A stretch of 57,798 nucleotides of DNA from Oligoflexia bacterium (lineage in GTDB: Bacteria; Bdellovibrionota; UBA1018; CAIPTA01). This document shows, piece by piece, positions 1-10,164 of the stretch. The position numbers and the translations under genes are program-made. The first letter of the stretch is position 1, and every line of letters starts with the position of its first letter. The notes below the pieces were generated by a model that was not told where the DNA came from, searched no databases, and worked only from the letters and a program-made list of their open reading frames with translations. The stretch spans positions 1 to 57,798 of the forward strand of contig CAIPTA010000122.1 of the NCBI GenBank assembly GCA_903867855.1, in the 5' to 3' direction.

Positions 1-1
1 G

Positions 2-88
2 CATTACATCACCGCTAACAAAGCGCTTCTGGCGGCACATGGCGCGGCTCTTGCGCGTCTCGCGGAGCTAAGCAAACTACAATTACAA
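2..88 (+). other. Fragment resembling homoserine dehydrogenase (NAD-binding domain), joined to the APC permease sequence
   Basis: Frame 2 reads HYITANKALLAAHGAALARLAELSK, matching the conserved homoserine dehydrogenase motif (H-V-V-T-ANKALLA-x-HG). The frame stops at 98-100. Confidence 0.6.
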
Positions 89-1029
89 TCGCATCGGTGA
101 TTGCCGTTTTGGCGCTCTCTGCGAATACTGGCTTTGCCGATTTTCCACGCATGTGTGAAATATTGGCAAATGATAATTATTTACCTCATATTTTTGCCAC
201 TCGCGGACGCCGCCTCGTGTTCACCGCAGGAATTTTACTCATTGCCTTTCTTTCCGGTATATTGCTCATTGCCTTTGGTGGCATCACGGATCGCTTAATT
301 CCGCTTTTTGCTATTGGCGCCTTTCTCGCCTTCACGATGTCGCAAGCGGGGATGGTGGTGCATTGGTGGAAAGTAAAGGGGGCTCATACTCATCTCCCAA
401 TGCTAGTAAATTTGCTCGGGGCTATCGCCACAGGAGTTACTCTGCTCGTGGTGCTGGTTTCGAAGTTTACGGAGGGCGGCTGGATTACGTTTGCTGTAAT
501 GCCAGTGCTGATCTGGCTCTTCTATTGGGTGAGAAATCATTATGTGATGATGGCGCGAGAAATTTCTTGCCGAAAACCGCTCGAATATTCAGGAATGCGT
601 TCCCCAGTGGCCATTGTGCCGATCCGCGGATGGAGCATGCTCGCTCGCAAGGCCTTACGCTTTTCGATGAATCTAACTGGGGATGTTTATGCGGTATGCG
701 TGGAGTTGGAATCTAATGATTCTGGCATTGATGCCCATTGGAAAAAGTATGTGCTGGATCCAGTGAAGCCCGGAGAAATTCCTCCGCAACTCGTGAAAAT
801 CGCCTCGCCCTATCGAAAAATCTTTTCTAGTTTATTGGAATTCATCGATCAAATTTCGGATAAATACCCTGATCGACAAATCGTGGTGGTAGTGCCAGAT
901 CTAGTAGAGCACCGTTGGTACCACTATTTCCTTCATAACCAACGGGCGGTGCTTCTGAAGGCAGCAATACGACTGCGGAGTAATCCAAGAGTAATTGTGG
1001 TGGACGTGCCCTGGTATTTACAGTCCTAG
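82..1029 (+). CDS. APC-family permease (KimA/YdaO-like K+ or amino-acid transporter), C-terminal half only
   Basis: ITIASVIAVLALSANTGFADFPR, LIPLFAIGAFLAFTMSQAGMV, KFTEGGW, SPYR and LHNQ motifs of YdaO/KimA-like permeases. The N-terminal half is absent (in-frame TAA at 16-18). Confidence 0.8.
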   Translation: MTIASVIAVLALSANTGFADFPRMCEILANDNYLPHIFATRGRRLVFTAGILLIAFLSGILLIAFGGITDRLIPLFAIGAFLAFTMSQAGMVVHWWKVKGAHTHLPMLVNLLGAIATGVTLLVVLVSKFTEGGWITFAVMPVLIWLFYWVRNHYVMMAREISCRKPLEYSGMRSPVAIVPIRGWSMLARKALRFSMNLTGDVYAVCVELESNDSGIDAHWKKYVLDPVKPGEIPPQLVKIASPYRKIFSSLLEFIDQISDKYPDRQIVVVVPDLVEHRWYHYFLHNQRAVLLKAAIRLRSNPRVIVVDVPWYLQS

Positions 1030-1049
1030 TTGCGTTAAGCTAGTTCGCG

Positions 1050-2513
1050 ATGGAACAAAACCTACTATTCATTTCTTCTCTACTGCTCTTAAGCGTTGGT
1101 GCCAGCAAACTTTCCAGTCGACTCGGTTTTCCAGCCTTGTTGGCATTTTTGGTACTAGGCGTTTCCGCTGCGGCTTTCGGCGCTAACTTCCATGATGTGG
1201 CGCTCACGCAGACGATCGCGGTGCTCGCCCTATGCTTCATCCTTTTTTCTGGAGGCATGGATACGGACATTAAGCTGATTCGTCCGATTTTTAAGAGTGG
1301 AATACTCTTAGCCAGCTTTGGAGTAGTGGTGGCAACCGCTCTCGTGGGCTATTTCGCGATTAATGTGCTGCATTTTGCAAAAATACCTGCCCTCCTACTA
1401 GGAGCTACTATTGCCTCTACAGATGTGGCTGCTGTTTTCACAGTGCTCCGATCTCGGCAAATTGGTCTGCAGCAAAATCTGCGATCCCTCCTGGAATTTG
1501 AGTCTGCTGTAAATGATCCAACCACCGTGATCTTGAGTGTTGGATTGCTAGAAATTTATATGCATCCATCGAGTGCTTCCTTGCTCTCGCTTTTTCCGCT
1601 CTTCGTGCAGCAAGTGGCTGTGGGGGTTTTGCTCGGTTGGCTAGGCGGACTCGCTGCGGTTTTCTATATCAATCGCTTGCGCTTAGAATTTGATGGGCTC
1701 TATCCGGTACTCAGTACTTCGATCGTGCTACTCATTTACGCTTTAACCCAGCGTCTCGGAGGCAGCGGATTTCTGGCAGTTTATGTGGCGGGAATTTGTC
1801 TGGGGAATAAAAATATTTTGCGAAAAAAAACATTAGTGCTTTTTCACGATGGCCTCGCCTGGCTCATGCAAGTAGCCATGTTTCTGGCGATGGGCTTGCT
1901 TATTTCTTTTACCGAGTTAAAGGCCGTAGCCCTCTCTGGGTTTCTCTTGTCGGCATTTTTAATCTTTGTGGCGCGTCCACTCAGTGTTCACCTCTGCCTT
2001 ATCCCGCTTCGATTCCGTTATCGCGAAGTGCTCTTCATTTCGTGGGCAGGCCTAAGGGGGGCTGTGCCGATTATTTTGGCTACCTATCCACTTTTGGCCG
2101 GGATTCCTGAAGCCAAGTTAATTTTCAACTTGGTTTTCTTTGTGGTGATTAGTTCAATTTTACTTCAAGGATCGAGTCTCGCCTTTGTTGCGCGCTTGCT
2201 GAAGGTGGATGCGCCTTTGCAGGCCAAACTACGTTTCCCGATTGAATATAATCCGAGTTCGAATCTAAAAAATGAACTTTCTGAACTCACGGTGCAGCCA
2301 GGATCTGCCATTGTAGACAAAACTCTTTTAGAGCTTGAGTTGCCGCAGAGCTCACTCGTTGTGCTGATTCGCAGAGAAGAAAAGGTATTCGTGCCAAGAG
2401 GCTCAACTCGTATTGAAGCCAAAGATGTGCTGCTGCTGATGGCGGATCAGGAGGCCCTAAAGCAGATTTCTTCTTTGTCTACATGCAGCTCAAGTGCTGG
2501 GACGCTTGAGTAG
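1050..2513 (+). CDS. cvrA: K+/H+ antiporter, CPA1 NhaP2/CvrA family, with C-terminal RCK_C (TrkA-C) domain
   Basis: STDVAAVF, LEFESAVNDP and WAGLRGAVPIILA motifs. The C-terminal ELTVQPGS...VPRGSTRIEAKDVL region is RCK_C-like. Confidence 0.85.
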   Translation: MEQNLLFISSLLLLSVGASKLSSRLGFPALLAFLVLGVSAAAFGANFHDVALTQTIAVLALCFILFSGGMDTDIKLIRPIFKSGILLASFGVVVATALVGYFAINVLHFAKIPALLLGATIASTDVAAVFTVLRSRQIGLQQNLRSLLEFESAVNDPTTVILSVGLLEIYMHPSSASLLSLFPLFVQQVAVGVLLGWLGGLAAVFYINRLRLEFDGLYPVLSTSIVLLIYALTQRLGGSGFLAVYVAGICLGNKNILRKKTLVLFHDGLAWLMQVAMFLAMGLLISFTELKAVALSGFLLSAFLIFVARPLSVHLCLIPLRFRYREVLFISWAGLRGAVPIILATYPLLAGIPEAKLIFNLVFFVVISSILLQGSSLAFVARLLKVDAPLQAKLRFPIEYNPSSNLKNELSELTVQPGSAIVDKTLLELELPQSSLVVLIRREEKVFVPRGSTRIEAKDVLLLMADQEALKQISSLSTCSSSAGTLE

Positions 2514-2861
2514 AATATCCATATCCTTCGTTTCAATTTTTTCTCTTCCTTTGGAAATGGACGAAACAAACTTTATCTTCACGCGTAATACTCTTTGTTC
2601 TGAGCCGGCTAAAAGCTCATTGAGCTCTGATTCACCGAGGGGGATTGTCCAGTCGCCTTGTGCATTCCGGCTAAGTGTGAGGCGTCGCTCTGGATCGAGT
2701 ATATGCAACTCTACCTTTGTTGCGCTTGGAACTATCCCGTGATCGATCGTAATATTTGGATGCCATCTTGGCTGCTCGGTTTCCGCTTTAATTTGCGGAG
2801 CTGCATGACTGCAAGCAAGCACCCAAAGCGCTATGAACGGATAAATTACTAGTGATCGCAT
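2490..2861 (-). CDS. Hypothetical lipoprotein
   Basis: 123-aa ORF with a hydrophobic N-terminus and lipobox VLAC. A GGGG-type RBS lies upstream. Confidence 0.55.
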   Translation of the reverse strand: MRSLVIYPFIALWVLACSHAAPQIKAETEQPRWHPNITIDHGIVPSATKVELHILDPERRLTLSRNAQGDWTIPLGESELNELLAGSEQRVLRVKIKFVSSISKGREKIETKDMDILLKRPST

Positions 2862-2899
2862 CGTCGCCCCCTGTATTTCATATAATCTATCAGGGCATC

Positions 2900-3071
2900 C
2901 ATAAGGATTTCGTAAATTGCATTTTCTTATGCGCTATGAGCCGAAAGGGCGAAACTATAGCAGGCGGTTGATATTTTCTCCAATAATTACAAGTAGCTAT
3001 GTGCGAGGGGAGCCGTATTTATGATTTCTTTATTTTAAATATCTCATACTGAAGCTTAACGAAATCTTTGG
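2900..3071. promoter_or_regulatory. Three putative KdpE/OmpR-type direct-repeat boxes
   Basis: TTTATGATTTCTTTAT (3018-3033), TTAACGAAATCTTTGG (3056-3071) and, on the minus strand, TTTACGAAATCCTTATG (2900-2916). The 11-bp repeat spacing resembles the E. coli KdpE site TTTATACTTTTTTTACA. Confidence 0.5.
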
Positions 3072-3079
3072 GGGTATGT

Positions 3080-3163
3080 ATGGATTTTATCTTTGCCGGA
3101 ATTCTTTCGGTTCTGCTCTTGGGCTATTTGGCCTACGCAATGTTTCACCCCGATAAATTTTAG
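3080..3163 (+). CDS. kdpF: K+-transporting ATPase small subunit F (not in the ORF track)
   Basis: MDFIFAGILSVLLLGYLAYAMFHPDKF (27 aa, one TM helix, typical GYLxYAxxxPxxF end), 11 nt before kdpA, with a GGGGG RBS. Confidence 0.92.
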   Translation: MDFIFAGILSVLLLGYLAYAMFHPDKF

Positions 3164-3174
3164 GCGGTATTTTT

Positions 3175-4863
3175 ATGAATCGTTTTGATGTTCTACAGGT
3201 ATTTCTTTCTCTAGCTGTATTGTTGGTCTGCGCACCCCCCTTAGGCACTTTCATGTATAAGGTTTATGTGGGCGAGCGACATCTATTTTCTTGGCTTCGC
3301 CCCTTAGAGCTAGTGTGCGAAAAATTTCTCGGGCGCATCGCGCAGGACGAAATGAACTGGAAAGAGTATTCCCTCGCCGTTCTATTTTTTAACGCTATTG
3401 GTATTCTCTTTGTTTTTCTCCTGCAGCTTTTGCAAGCAAAGTTGCCACTCAATCCGCAAGGTTTCGCTGCGCCGACTTGGGATCTCTCCTTGAATACTGC
3501 CGTGAGCTTTGTGACGAATACAAACTGGCAGGCCTATTCTGGAGAGAATACGTTGGGATATTTAGTGCAAATGCTGGCCCTTGCTGTGCAGAATTTTTTG
3601 AGTGCAGCAGTGGGAATGAGCGTTGCCATCGCCTTGGCTCGCGGTATTGCCAGGAAGAACTCCCAAACAATCGGGAACTTTTGGCAAGATACTGTGCGCG
3701 GCACTTTATATATTCTCCTGCCACTTTCCATTCTTCTGGCAGTCGTTTTAGCGGGCACAGGAGTAGTGCAGAATTTCTCCAGCTATCCTACTGCTCAAAC
3801 TTTAGAAAGTGCGCAGCAAGTGATTCCTATGGGTCCAGCGGCTTCTCAGATTGCGATCAAACAGCTAGGCACAAATGGTGGTGGATTTTTCAATGCGAAC
3901 AGCGCTCATCCTTTTGAGAATCCGTCGCCATTCAGCAACTGGCTAGAACTGATTTCCATTCTCCTGCTTCCCGCGGGGATTGTGTTCACGTTTGGCGAAA
4001 TGGTAAAGAGTCGCCGTCAGGGGTGGACAATCTTCCTCACTATGTTTGCACTGCTCGCGGCAGGCTTAAGTATTTCGCTCTGGGCGGAGTACTCATTCAA
4101 TCCTGCGATCGGCTCGGCCGCGATGATGGAGGGTAAGGAATTACGCTTTGGCATAACGAATAGTGTGCTGTGGTCTACCTTCACGTCTGCTGCCTCCAAC
4201 GGATCGGTGAATGCAATGCATTCCTCGCTCTCGCCCATTGCCGGTGGAATCGCTCTCTTTAATATTATGCTTGGAGAAATAATTTTCGGGGGTCTAGGTT
4301 CTGGTCTTTATGGAATGATTCTCTTTGTAATCATGACGGTATTTCTCGCCGGACTCATGGTGGGGCGCACTCCGGAGTATTTAGGGAAAAAAATTGAAGC
4401 ACGCGAAATCCAGATGGTGATCCTTGCGATCTTGCTCCCGAGTGCTGCCATCTTGATTGGAGCAGGGGCTGCAGCAGTTTTGCCGGCAGGCTTAAGCAGC
4501 TTATCCAGCAAGGGTCCGCACGGACTCAGCGAAATTCTCTACGCCTATGTTTCCGCAGGGGGAAATAATGGATCTGCATTTGCGGGTCTGAACGCGAATA
4601 CCGTTTACTACAATGTGACATTGGCCGTCGTGATGTTGCTCGGTAGATTCGGTGTAATCTTCCCTGTTTTGGCTATTGCTGGAAACCTAGCGGCGAAAAA
4701 GTATTCGCCTCCTTCCATTGGTACCTTCACTACCGATAATGCCCTCTTCGTGGTGCTACTCATCGGGGTGATCATCATTGTGGGTGGTCTCACGTTCTTC
4801 CCAGCGCTTACCCTCGGTCCCATCGTAGAGCATTTCCTAATGCTCTCTGGAAAAGTATTTTAG
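3175..4863 (+). CDS. kdpA: K+-transporting ATPase subunit A
   Basis: SFVTNTNWQAYSGE, IKQLGTNGGGFF, SNGSVNAMH and GNNGSAFAGL selectivity-filter motifs. Confidence 0.98.
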   Translation: MNRFDVLQVFLSLAVLLVCAPPLGTFMYKVYVGERHLFSWLRPLELVCEKFLGRIAQDEMNWKEYSLAVLFFNAIGILFVFLLQLLQAKLPLNPQGFAAPTWDLSLNTAVSFVTNTNWQAYSGENTLGYLVQMLALAVQNFLSAAVGMSVAIALARGIARKNSQTIGNFWQDTVRGTLYILLPLSILLAVVLAGTGVVQNFSSYPTAQTLESAQQVIPMGPAASQIAIKQLGTNGGGFFNANSAHPFENPSPFSNWLELISILLLPAGIVFTFGEMVKSRRQGWTIFLTMFALLAAGLSISLWAEYSFNPAIGSAAMMEGKELRFGITNSVLWSTFTSAASNGSVNAMHSSLSPIAGGIALFNIMLGEIIFGGLGSGLYGMILFVIMTVFLAGLMVGRTPEYLGKKIEAREIQMVILAILLPSAAILIGAGAAAVLPAGLSSLSSKGPHGLSEILYAYVSAGGNNGSAFAGLNANTVYYNVTLAVVMLLGRFGVIFPVLAIAGNLAAKKYSPPSIGTFTTDNALFVVLLIGVIIIVGGLTFFPALTLGPIVEHFLMLSGKVF

Positions 4864-4872
4864 GAGTATTGT

Positions 4873-6936
4873 ATGAATCAATCTTTATTCGATCGAAAAA
4901 TTTTGCAAAGAGCGAGCGTGGATGCTTGTGTGAAGCTTGACCCACGCACGCTAATTAAAAATCCTGTGATGTTCATCACTATGGTGGGTGCTTTGCTCAC
5001 CACATTTTATCTCTTCACAGGGCATGCCACCGGATTCAATATCCAGATTGCGATTTGGCTTTGGTTCACGGTGCTGTTTGCTAATTTCTCCGAAGCCATT
5101 GCGGAAGGCCGCGGCAAGGCGCAGGCGGATAGCCTGCGTCGCACTCGCACGCAATCGATGGCGAGATTTATTGTGAATGGAGTAGAGTCACGAAAAAATT
5201 CGAGCGATCTGAGAAAAGGCGATGTAGTGGTGTGTGAAACGGGCGATACCATTCCCGGCGATGGGGAAGTGATCGAAGGTGTGGCTACCGTAGATGAAGC
5301 GGCCATTACGGGGGAATCTGCTCCTGTGGTTCGTGAAAGTGGCGGCGACCGCAGCGCTGTTACTGGCGGCACGAAAGTAATCAGTGATCGAATCCTGATC
5401 CGCATCACGAATGATCCAGGAAATAGTTTCTTGGATCGCATGATTCACTTAGTGGAAGGGGCCAAGCGCCAAAAAACACCGAATGAAATCGCGCTCAGCA
5501 TCTTACTCGCTGGACTCACAATAATCTTCTTATTGGCGGTAGCCACGCTGAAGTTTTTTGCGGATTACTCGGGCCATGCAGCCGGGCAAGATCTTTCTGA
5601 TATCGTAACGGTGCCTGTGCTTATTTCGCTCCTTGTTTGTTTGATCCCCACTACCATCGGTGGCTTGTTAAGCGCGATTGGGATTAGTGGCATGGATCGG
5701 CTCATCCAAAAGAATGTGATCGCTACCAGCGGTCGCGCCGTGGAAGCAGCCGGGGATATCGACGTGCTCCTCCTCGATAAAACGGGCACCATCACTCTCG
5801 GAAATCGTATGGCGACGGAATTTATTCCTGCGCCTGGTGTTTCTGAAAAAGAGTTGGCTGAAAAAGCGCAGCTCTCTTCTATGAGCGATGAAACCCCAGA
5901 GGGGCGTTCCATCGTGGTGCTTGCAAAAGATAAATTTCAACTCCGCGGGGAAGCGGCGGATGTGAAAGACATGAGTTTTATTCCCTTCACTGCGCAAACC
6001 AGAATGAGCGGTGTAGATCTTCGTGTAGGAAATGCCTCTGTTCAGATCAGAAAAGGCGCCTTTGATTCCGTGGATAAATGGGTGCAAACACTCGGCGGTA
6101 ATAGTAGCCCTGAAGTGAGATCTGCCGTGGATCGCGTGGCAAAAGCAGGAGGAACTCCTCTTGTGGTTTCTCAAGATGCAAAGATCCTCGGCGTGATCTA
6201 TTTGAAGGATATCGTAAAGGGTGGGATTCGGGAGCGCTTCGCCGAGCTTCGTAAAATGGGAATTAAAACGGTGATGATCACCGGAGATAATCCCCTCACC
6301 GCGGCAGCGATTGCAGCGGAAGCGGGTGTGGATGATTTCATGGCGGAATCTACGCCTGAGATGAAGCTGCAGCGAATTCGCGATGAGCAAGCTGGCGGGC
6401 ATCTCGTGGCCATGACCGGAGACGGTACGAATGATGCTCCTGCGCTGGCGCAAGCCGATGTGGGAGTTGCCATGAATACAGGCACGCAAGCGGCGCGGGA
6501 AGCTGGGAATATGGTGGATCTTGACTCTAATCCTACCAAGCTTATCGAAATCGTAGAAACTGGAAAGCAACTCTTGATGACTCGTGGCGCTCTCACTACT
6601 TTCAGTGTGGCCAACGACGTAGCGAAATACTTTGCGATCCTGCCTGCGCTCTTTGCGACTCTCTATGCGACGAGTGGAGGCAATGGTCCGCTAGCTACGC
6701 TAAACGTGATGGGTCTCGCTTCTCCTCATAGCGCGATCTTGAGCGCAGTGATATTCAATGCCCTCGTGATCGTGGCGCTGATTCCGCTGGCCTTGAAAGG
6801 AATTGCGTATCGCTCTTTGGGAGCAGCAGCTCTGCTTCGAAGAAATTTGGTGATCTACGGCTTAGGTGGTCTCGTGGCTCCTTTCATTGGAATTAAACTC
6901 ATCGATATGCTCTTGAAAATGGGAGGTTTAGTATGA
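4873..6936 (+). CDS. kdpB: K+-transporting P-type ATPase subunit B
   Basis: [23 protein letters not shown] and [10 protein letters not shown] motifs. Confidence 0.98.
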   Translation: MNQSLFDRKILQRASVDACVKLDPRTLIKNPVMFITMVGALLTTFYLFTGHATGFNIQIAIWLWFTVLFANFSEAIAEGRGKAQADSLRRTRTQSMARFIVNGVESRKNSSDLRKGDVVVCETGDTIPGDGEVIEGVATVDEAAITGESAPVVRESGGDRSAVTGGTKVISDRILIRITNDPGNSFLDRMIHLVEGAKRQKTPNEIALSILLAGLTIIFLLAVATLKFFADYSGHAAGQDLSDIVTVPVLISLLVCLIPTTIGGLLSAIGISGMDRLIQKNVIATSGRAVEAAGDIDVLLLDKTGTITLGNRMATEFIPAPGVSEKELAEKAQLSSMSDETPEGRSIVVLAKDKFQLRGEAADVKDMSFIPFTAQTRMSGVDLRVGNASVQIRKGAFDSVDKWVQTLGGNSSPEVRSAVDRVAKAGGTPLVVSQDAKILGVIYLKDIVKGGIRERFAELRKMGIKTVMITGDNPLTAAAIAAEAGVDDFMAESTPEMKLQRIRDEQAGGHLVAMTGDGTNDAPALAQADVGVAMNTGTQAAREAGNMVDLDSNPTKLIEIVETGKQLLMTRGALTTFSVANDVAKYFAILPALFATLYATSGGNGPLATLNVMGLASPHSAILSAVIFNALVIVALIPLALKGIAYRSLGAAALLRRNLVIYGLGGLVAPFIGIKLIDMLLKMGGLV

Positions 6937-7472
6937 AGCAACTCATGCCAGCCATAAAACTCTTCGCTCTACTCACGGTGCTTACGGGAATTCTATATCC
7001 GCTCTTCATTACTCTGATCGCGCAGAAAGTGTTTCCAGAGCAGGCAAATGGATCCCTTCTGTATAAAGATGGGAAATTGGTGGGTTCCGCCTTAGTTGCG
7101 CAAAAGTTCCAAACGCCGCAGTACTTTTGGGCGCGTCCCTCTGCGGTGGACTATAATCCCATGCCTTCTGGGGGGTCGAATGCAGGCCCAACCAGCGCAG
7201 ACTTGAAAGCTAAAGTATTGGAGCGTCAAAAACTGGGCCTCACCGACGAAATGCTATTTGCCTCCGCCAGTGGACTAGATCCGCATATTTCTCCCGCTGC
7301 TGCCAAGAGTCAGGTAGAAAGAATTGTGCTTGCCCGTAAACTCGGCGAAACTGGGAAGGGTAAATTGATGCAGCTTATTGAGCAAAACACAGAGCAACGC
7401 CAGTTTGGTTTTCTCGGCGAAGTACGAGTGAATGTATTACGCTTGAATTTAGCGCTCGACCAAGGAGTTTAG
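6933..7472 (+). CDS. kdpC: K+-transporting ATPase subunit C
   Basis: [21 protein letters not shown] and [11 protein letters not shown] motifs. Confidence 0.97.
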   Translation: MKQLMPAIKLFALLTVLTGILYPLFITLIAQKVFPEQANGSLLYKDGKLVGSALVAQKFQTPQYFWARPSAVDYNPMPSGGSNAGPTSADLKAKVLERQKLGLTDEMLFASASGLDPHISPAAAKSQVERIVLARKLGETGKGKLMQLIEQNTEQRQFGFLGEVRVNVLRLNLALDQGV

Positions 7473-7476
7473 TTTC

Positions 7477-10164
7477 ATGCCTGATGAGAGGCGGCCAGAT
7501 CCGGATCAAATCCTCCAGGGGATAAAAAAACTGGAGGAGAAGCGCCTGCGTGGACGCCTCAAAGTTTTTTTCGGGATGTGCCCCGGAGTAGGCAAAACTT
7601 TTTCCATGCTCGAGGCGGCGAAAGAGCAACAGAATTCTGGGGTGAAAGTGGTAGTGGGTCTGGTGGAGACCCATGATCGCCCCGAAACGAAACGAATTCT
7701 CCAGGGTCTCACAGTACTTCCCCGAAAAAAAATCGAGTATCGCGGCACTGTAACGGAGGAGATGGATCTCGATCTCTTGTTGCAGCAAAAGCCGGAACTC
7801 GTGGTAGTGGATGAATTAGCGCATACGAATGCTCCAGGCCTCCGCCATCCGAAACGATATCAAGATGTGGAAGAGCTACTCAATGCGGGCATCAATGTGT
7901 ATAGCACCTTGAATGTGCAGCATATCGAGAGCCGTGCAGATTTGGTGTATCAAATCACGAGTGTGCCTGTGCGGGAAACAGTGCCTGATTCCTTTTTGCA
8001 ATTAGCCGATCAGATCGAGCTCATCGACCTCACGCCGGATGATCTATTGAAGCGGATGAGCCAGGGCAATGTATACATGGGCGAACGCGCCGAGCGCGCC
8101 GCGAAAGGATTTTTTAAGGAAGAAAATTTGAGTGCGCTCCGCGAGCTGGCGCTTCGCTTTACGGCGGAGAAGGTGGATGATCAACTCCGCGAGCAAATGA
8201 CTGCCAAGCGAATTCTTGGGCCTTGGAATACCAACGAGCGTTTGATGGTGGCCATTAGTCAGAGCCCTTATTCTGCAAGACTCATTCGCAGTACCCGCCG
8301 TATGGCTTTCAACCTAGAAGCACCTTGGATTGCCTTGTACGTAGACACCGGTCAAACACTTTCTACAGAAGATCACGAGATGCTCGTAAAAAATATGGCG
8401 CTAGCCAAAGAGCTAGGGGCAGAACTGATCACCACTCGTGATAGCCATGTTTCTGATGCCTTGAAACGCATTGCCTCGGAAAAAAACGTAACCCAACTCG
8501 TGATGGGGCGCCCTGATCGACGCATGTTTCGCGACGCTCTCTCCCGTGGAACCATCCTTGATCAACTGGTTCGCGAAACGAGTGAAATTGATATTCACAT
8601 TATTCGCCAGGAGCGCAAGCCCGTCTATCGTGGCTTTCACCTGCGATTGCCAGAATTCTCCTCTAATATCTCTAGCTATTTAAATACGCTCTGGTTCCTA
8701 CTCTTTATATCCATGGCAAACTTCCAGGTTCTACCCTTCATTGGTTATAAGTCAGTGGGCTTTGTGTACCTCATGGCGGTGCTCATCGTTTCCAATTTCA
8801 CCAGTCTTGGGCCCATTCTTTTTGCAGCATTCTTTAGTACATTAGCTTGGGATTATTTGTTCATTCCTCCGCAATTCACATTTTATATCCGCTCCGGTGA
8901 AGACATCATGATGTGTGTCACCTTTTTTGCCGTTGCGATTGTGGCGGGTCTGCTTGCTAGAAGAATACGTCGGCAAGAATCAGATCTCATCCAGCGCGAA
9001 CAGCGTGCCAATATTCTCTATGATTTTGGTCGCGAGCTAAATGAAGCCAAGGGCGCGAGATCCATCGCCATGAAGGCGGGAAAAATTGTGGAGAGAATAT
9101 TTTCCTCTTCTGTTGCGATCCTGCTCACAAATGAGCAGGGAGAGCTCATCAAGGAACCATTGAATTACTGCGATAAAGTTTTCTCCGATAAAGATCTGGC
9201 CGTGGCCGATTGGTCGTTTAAGAATCGAAAGAAAGCGGGCTGGCGCACAGAAACGCTGTTCTCCTCTCGATGTCTTTGTTTGCCTCTTATGGGCTTAGTG
9301 GAGCCCATCGGTGTGCTCGTGCTCTTTCCCGTGGAGAATAAATCATTGAGCCTAGATCAGGAAAATCTTTTGGATACGATTGCGAGTCATCTCGCGATTG
9401 CTTTGGAGCGCGAGGGCTTGCAAGGCCGCGCTCGGGATGCAGAGATCTTAAAAAAATCGGAAAAATTACACCAGGCTTTACTGAACTCAGTTTCTCACGA
9501 GCTGCGTACTCCGCTCACGGCGATCGTGGGCGCTTCCACAGCGCTATCCGATGCTGCCACCGTGGCTGACCCTGCAAAAAAATCTGCCTTGGTAGATGAT
9601 CTCATGCTTTCTACGATGCGCTTAAATCGTATTGTGGAAAATTTGCTAGATATGTCTCGCATCAATAGCGGAGCTCTCAGTTTAAAAAAGGATATTTTTG
9701 AATTAAATGATTTTTTGCGAAGTGTTTTGCAAACGGTAACGAAGCTTGCCAGCCAACACAAGATTCATTTCCAGGCGGGTGAGGATGCAATCATTTTCGG
9801 AGATGATCGTTTACTCGAGCACGCCGTATTTAATTTATTGAGTAATGCGATTCAATATTCTCCGATCGGGAGCGAGATCAAAGTAGAACTTGAATCGAAT
9901 GCGGAGCAGGTCTTCATTCATGTGCAAGATGAAGGGCCAGGCATACCTATTGAAGCGCAAGAAAAGATTTTTGATCGTTTCTATCGTATTCCAGGCACTC
10001 CCGCTGGTGGAACGGGTCTTGGCTTATCCATCGTAAAAGCAATTGTAGAGGCGAGCGGTGGCAGGGTGATGATAAAAAATCGCAACGATCGTGGCGGGAG
10101 TGTTTTTACGATTCAACTTCCTCGGCACAAACTTCCTGCTGACTTTGGCGAGCGTTCCGAATGA
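7477..10164 (+). CDS. kdpD: K+-sensing histidine kinase
   Basis: GMCPGVGKT and VDELAHTN N-terminal domain, USP domain, 4 TM helices, GAF, SHELRTPL H-box and GTGLGLSI G-box. Confidence 0.97.
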   Translation: MPDERRPDPDQILQGIKKLEEKRLRGRLKVFFGMCPGVGKTFSMLEAAKEQQNSGVKVVVGLVETHDRPETKRILQGLTVLPRKKIEYRGTVTEEMDLDLLLQQKPELVVVDELAHTNAPGLRHPKRYQDVEELLNAGINVYSTLNVQHIESRADLVYQITSVPVRETVPDSFLQLADQIELIDLTPDDLLKRMSQGNVYMGERAERAAKGFFKEENLSALRELALRFTAEKVDDQLREQMTAKRILGPWNTNERLMVAISQSPYSARLIRSTRRMAFNLEAPWIALYVDTGQTLSTEDHEMLVKNMALAKELGAELITTRDSHVSDALKRIASEKNVTQLVMGRPDRRMFRDALSRGTILDQLVRETSEIDIHIIRQERKPVYRGFHLRLPEFSSNISSYLNTLWFLLFISMANFQVLPFIGYKSVGFVYLMAVLIVSNFTSLGPILFAAFFSTLAWDYLFIPPQFTFYIRSGEDIMMCVTFFAVAIVAGLLARRIRRQESDLIQREQRANILYDFGRELNEAKGARSIAMKAGKIVERIFSSSVAILLTNEQGELIKEPLNYCDKVFSDKDLAVADWSFKNRKKAGWRTETLFSSRCLCLPLMGLVEPIGVLVLFPVENKSLSLDQENLLDTIASHLAIALEREGLQGRARDAEILKKSEKLHQALLNSVSHELRTPLTAIVGASTALSDAATVADPAKKSALVDDLMLSTMRLNRIVENLLDMSRINSGALSLKKDIFELNDFLRSVLQTVTKLASQHKIHFQAGEDAIIFGDDRLLEHAVFNLLSNAIQYSPIGSEIKVELESNAEQVFIHVQDEGPGIPIEAQEKIFDRFYRIPGTPAGGTGLGLSIVKAIVEASGGRVMIKNRNDRGGSVFTIQLPRHKLPADFGERSE

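Noticed and set aside
5668-6570. 300-aa antisense ORF inside kdpB
   Set aside because: Shadow ORF opposite a highly conserved gene, with no recognisable motifs.
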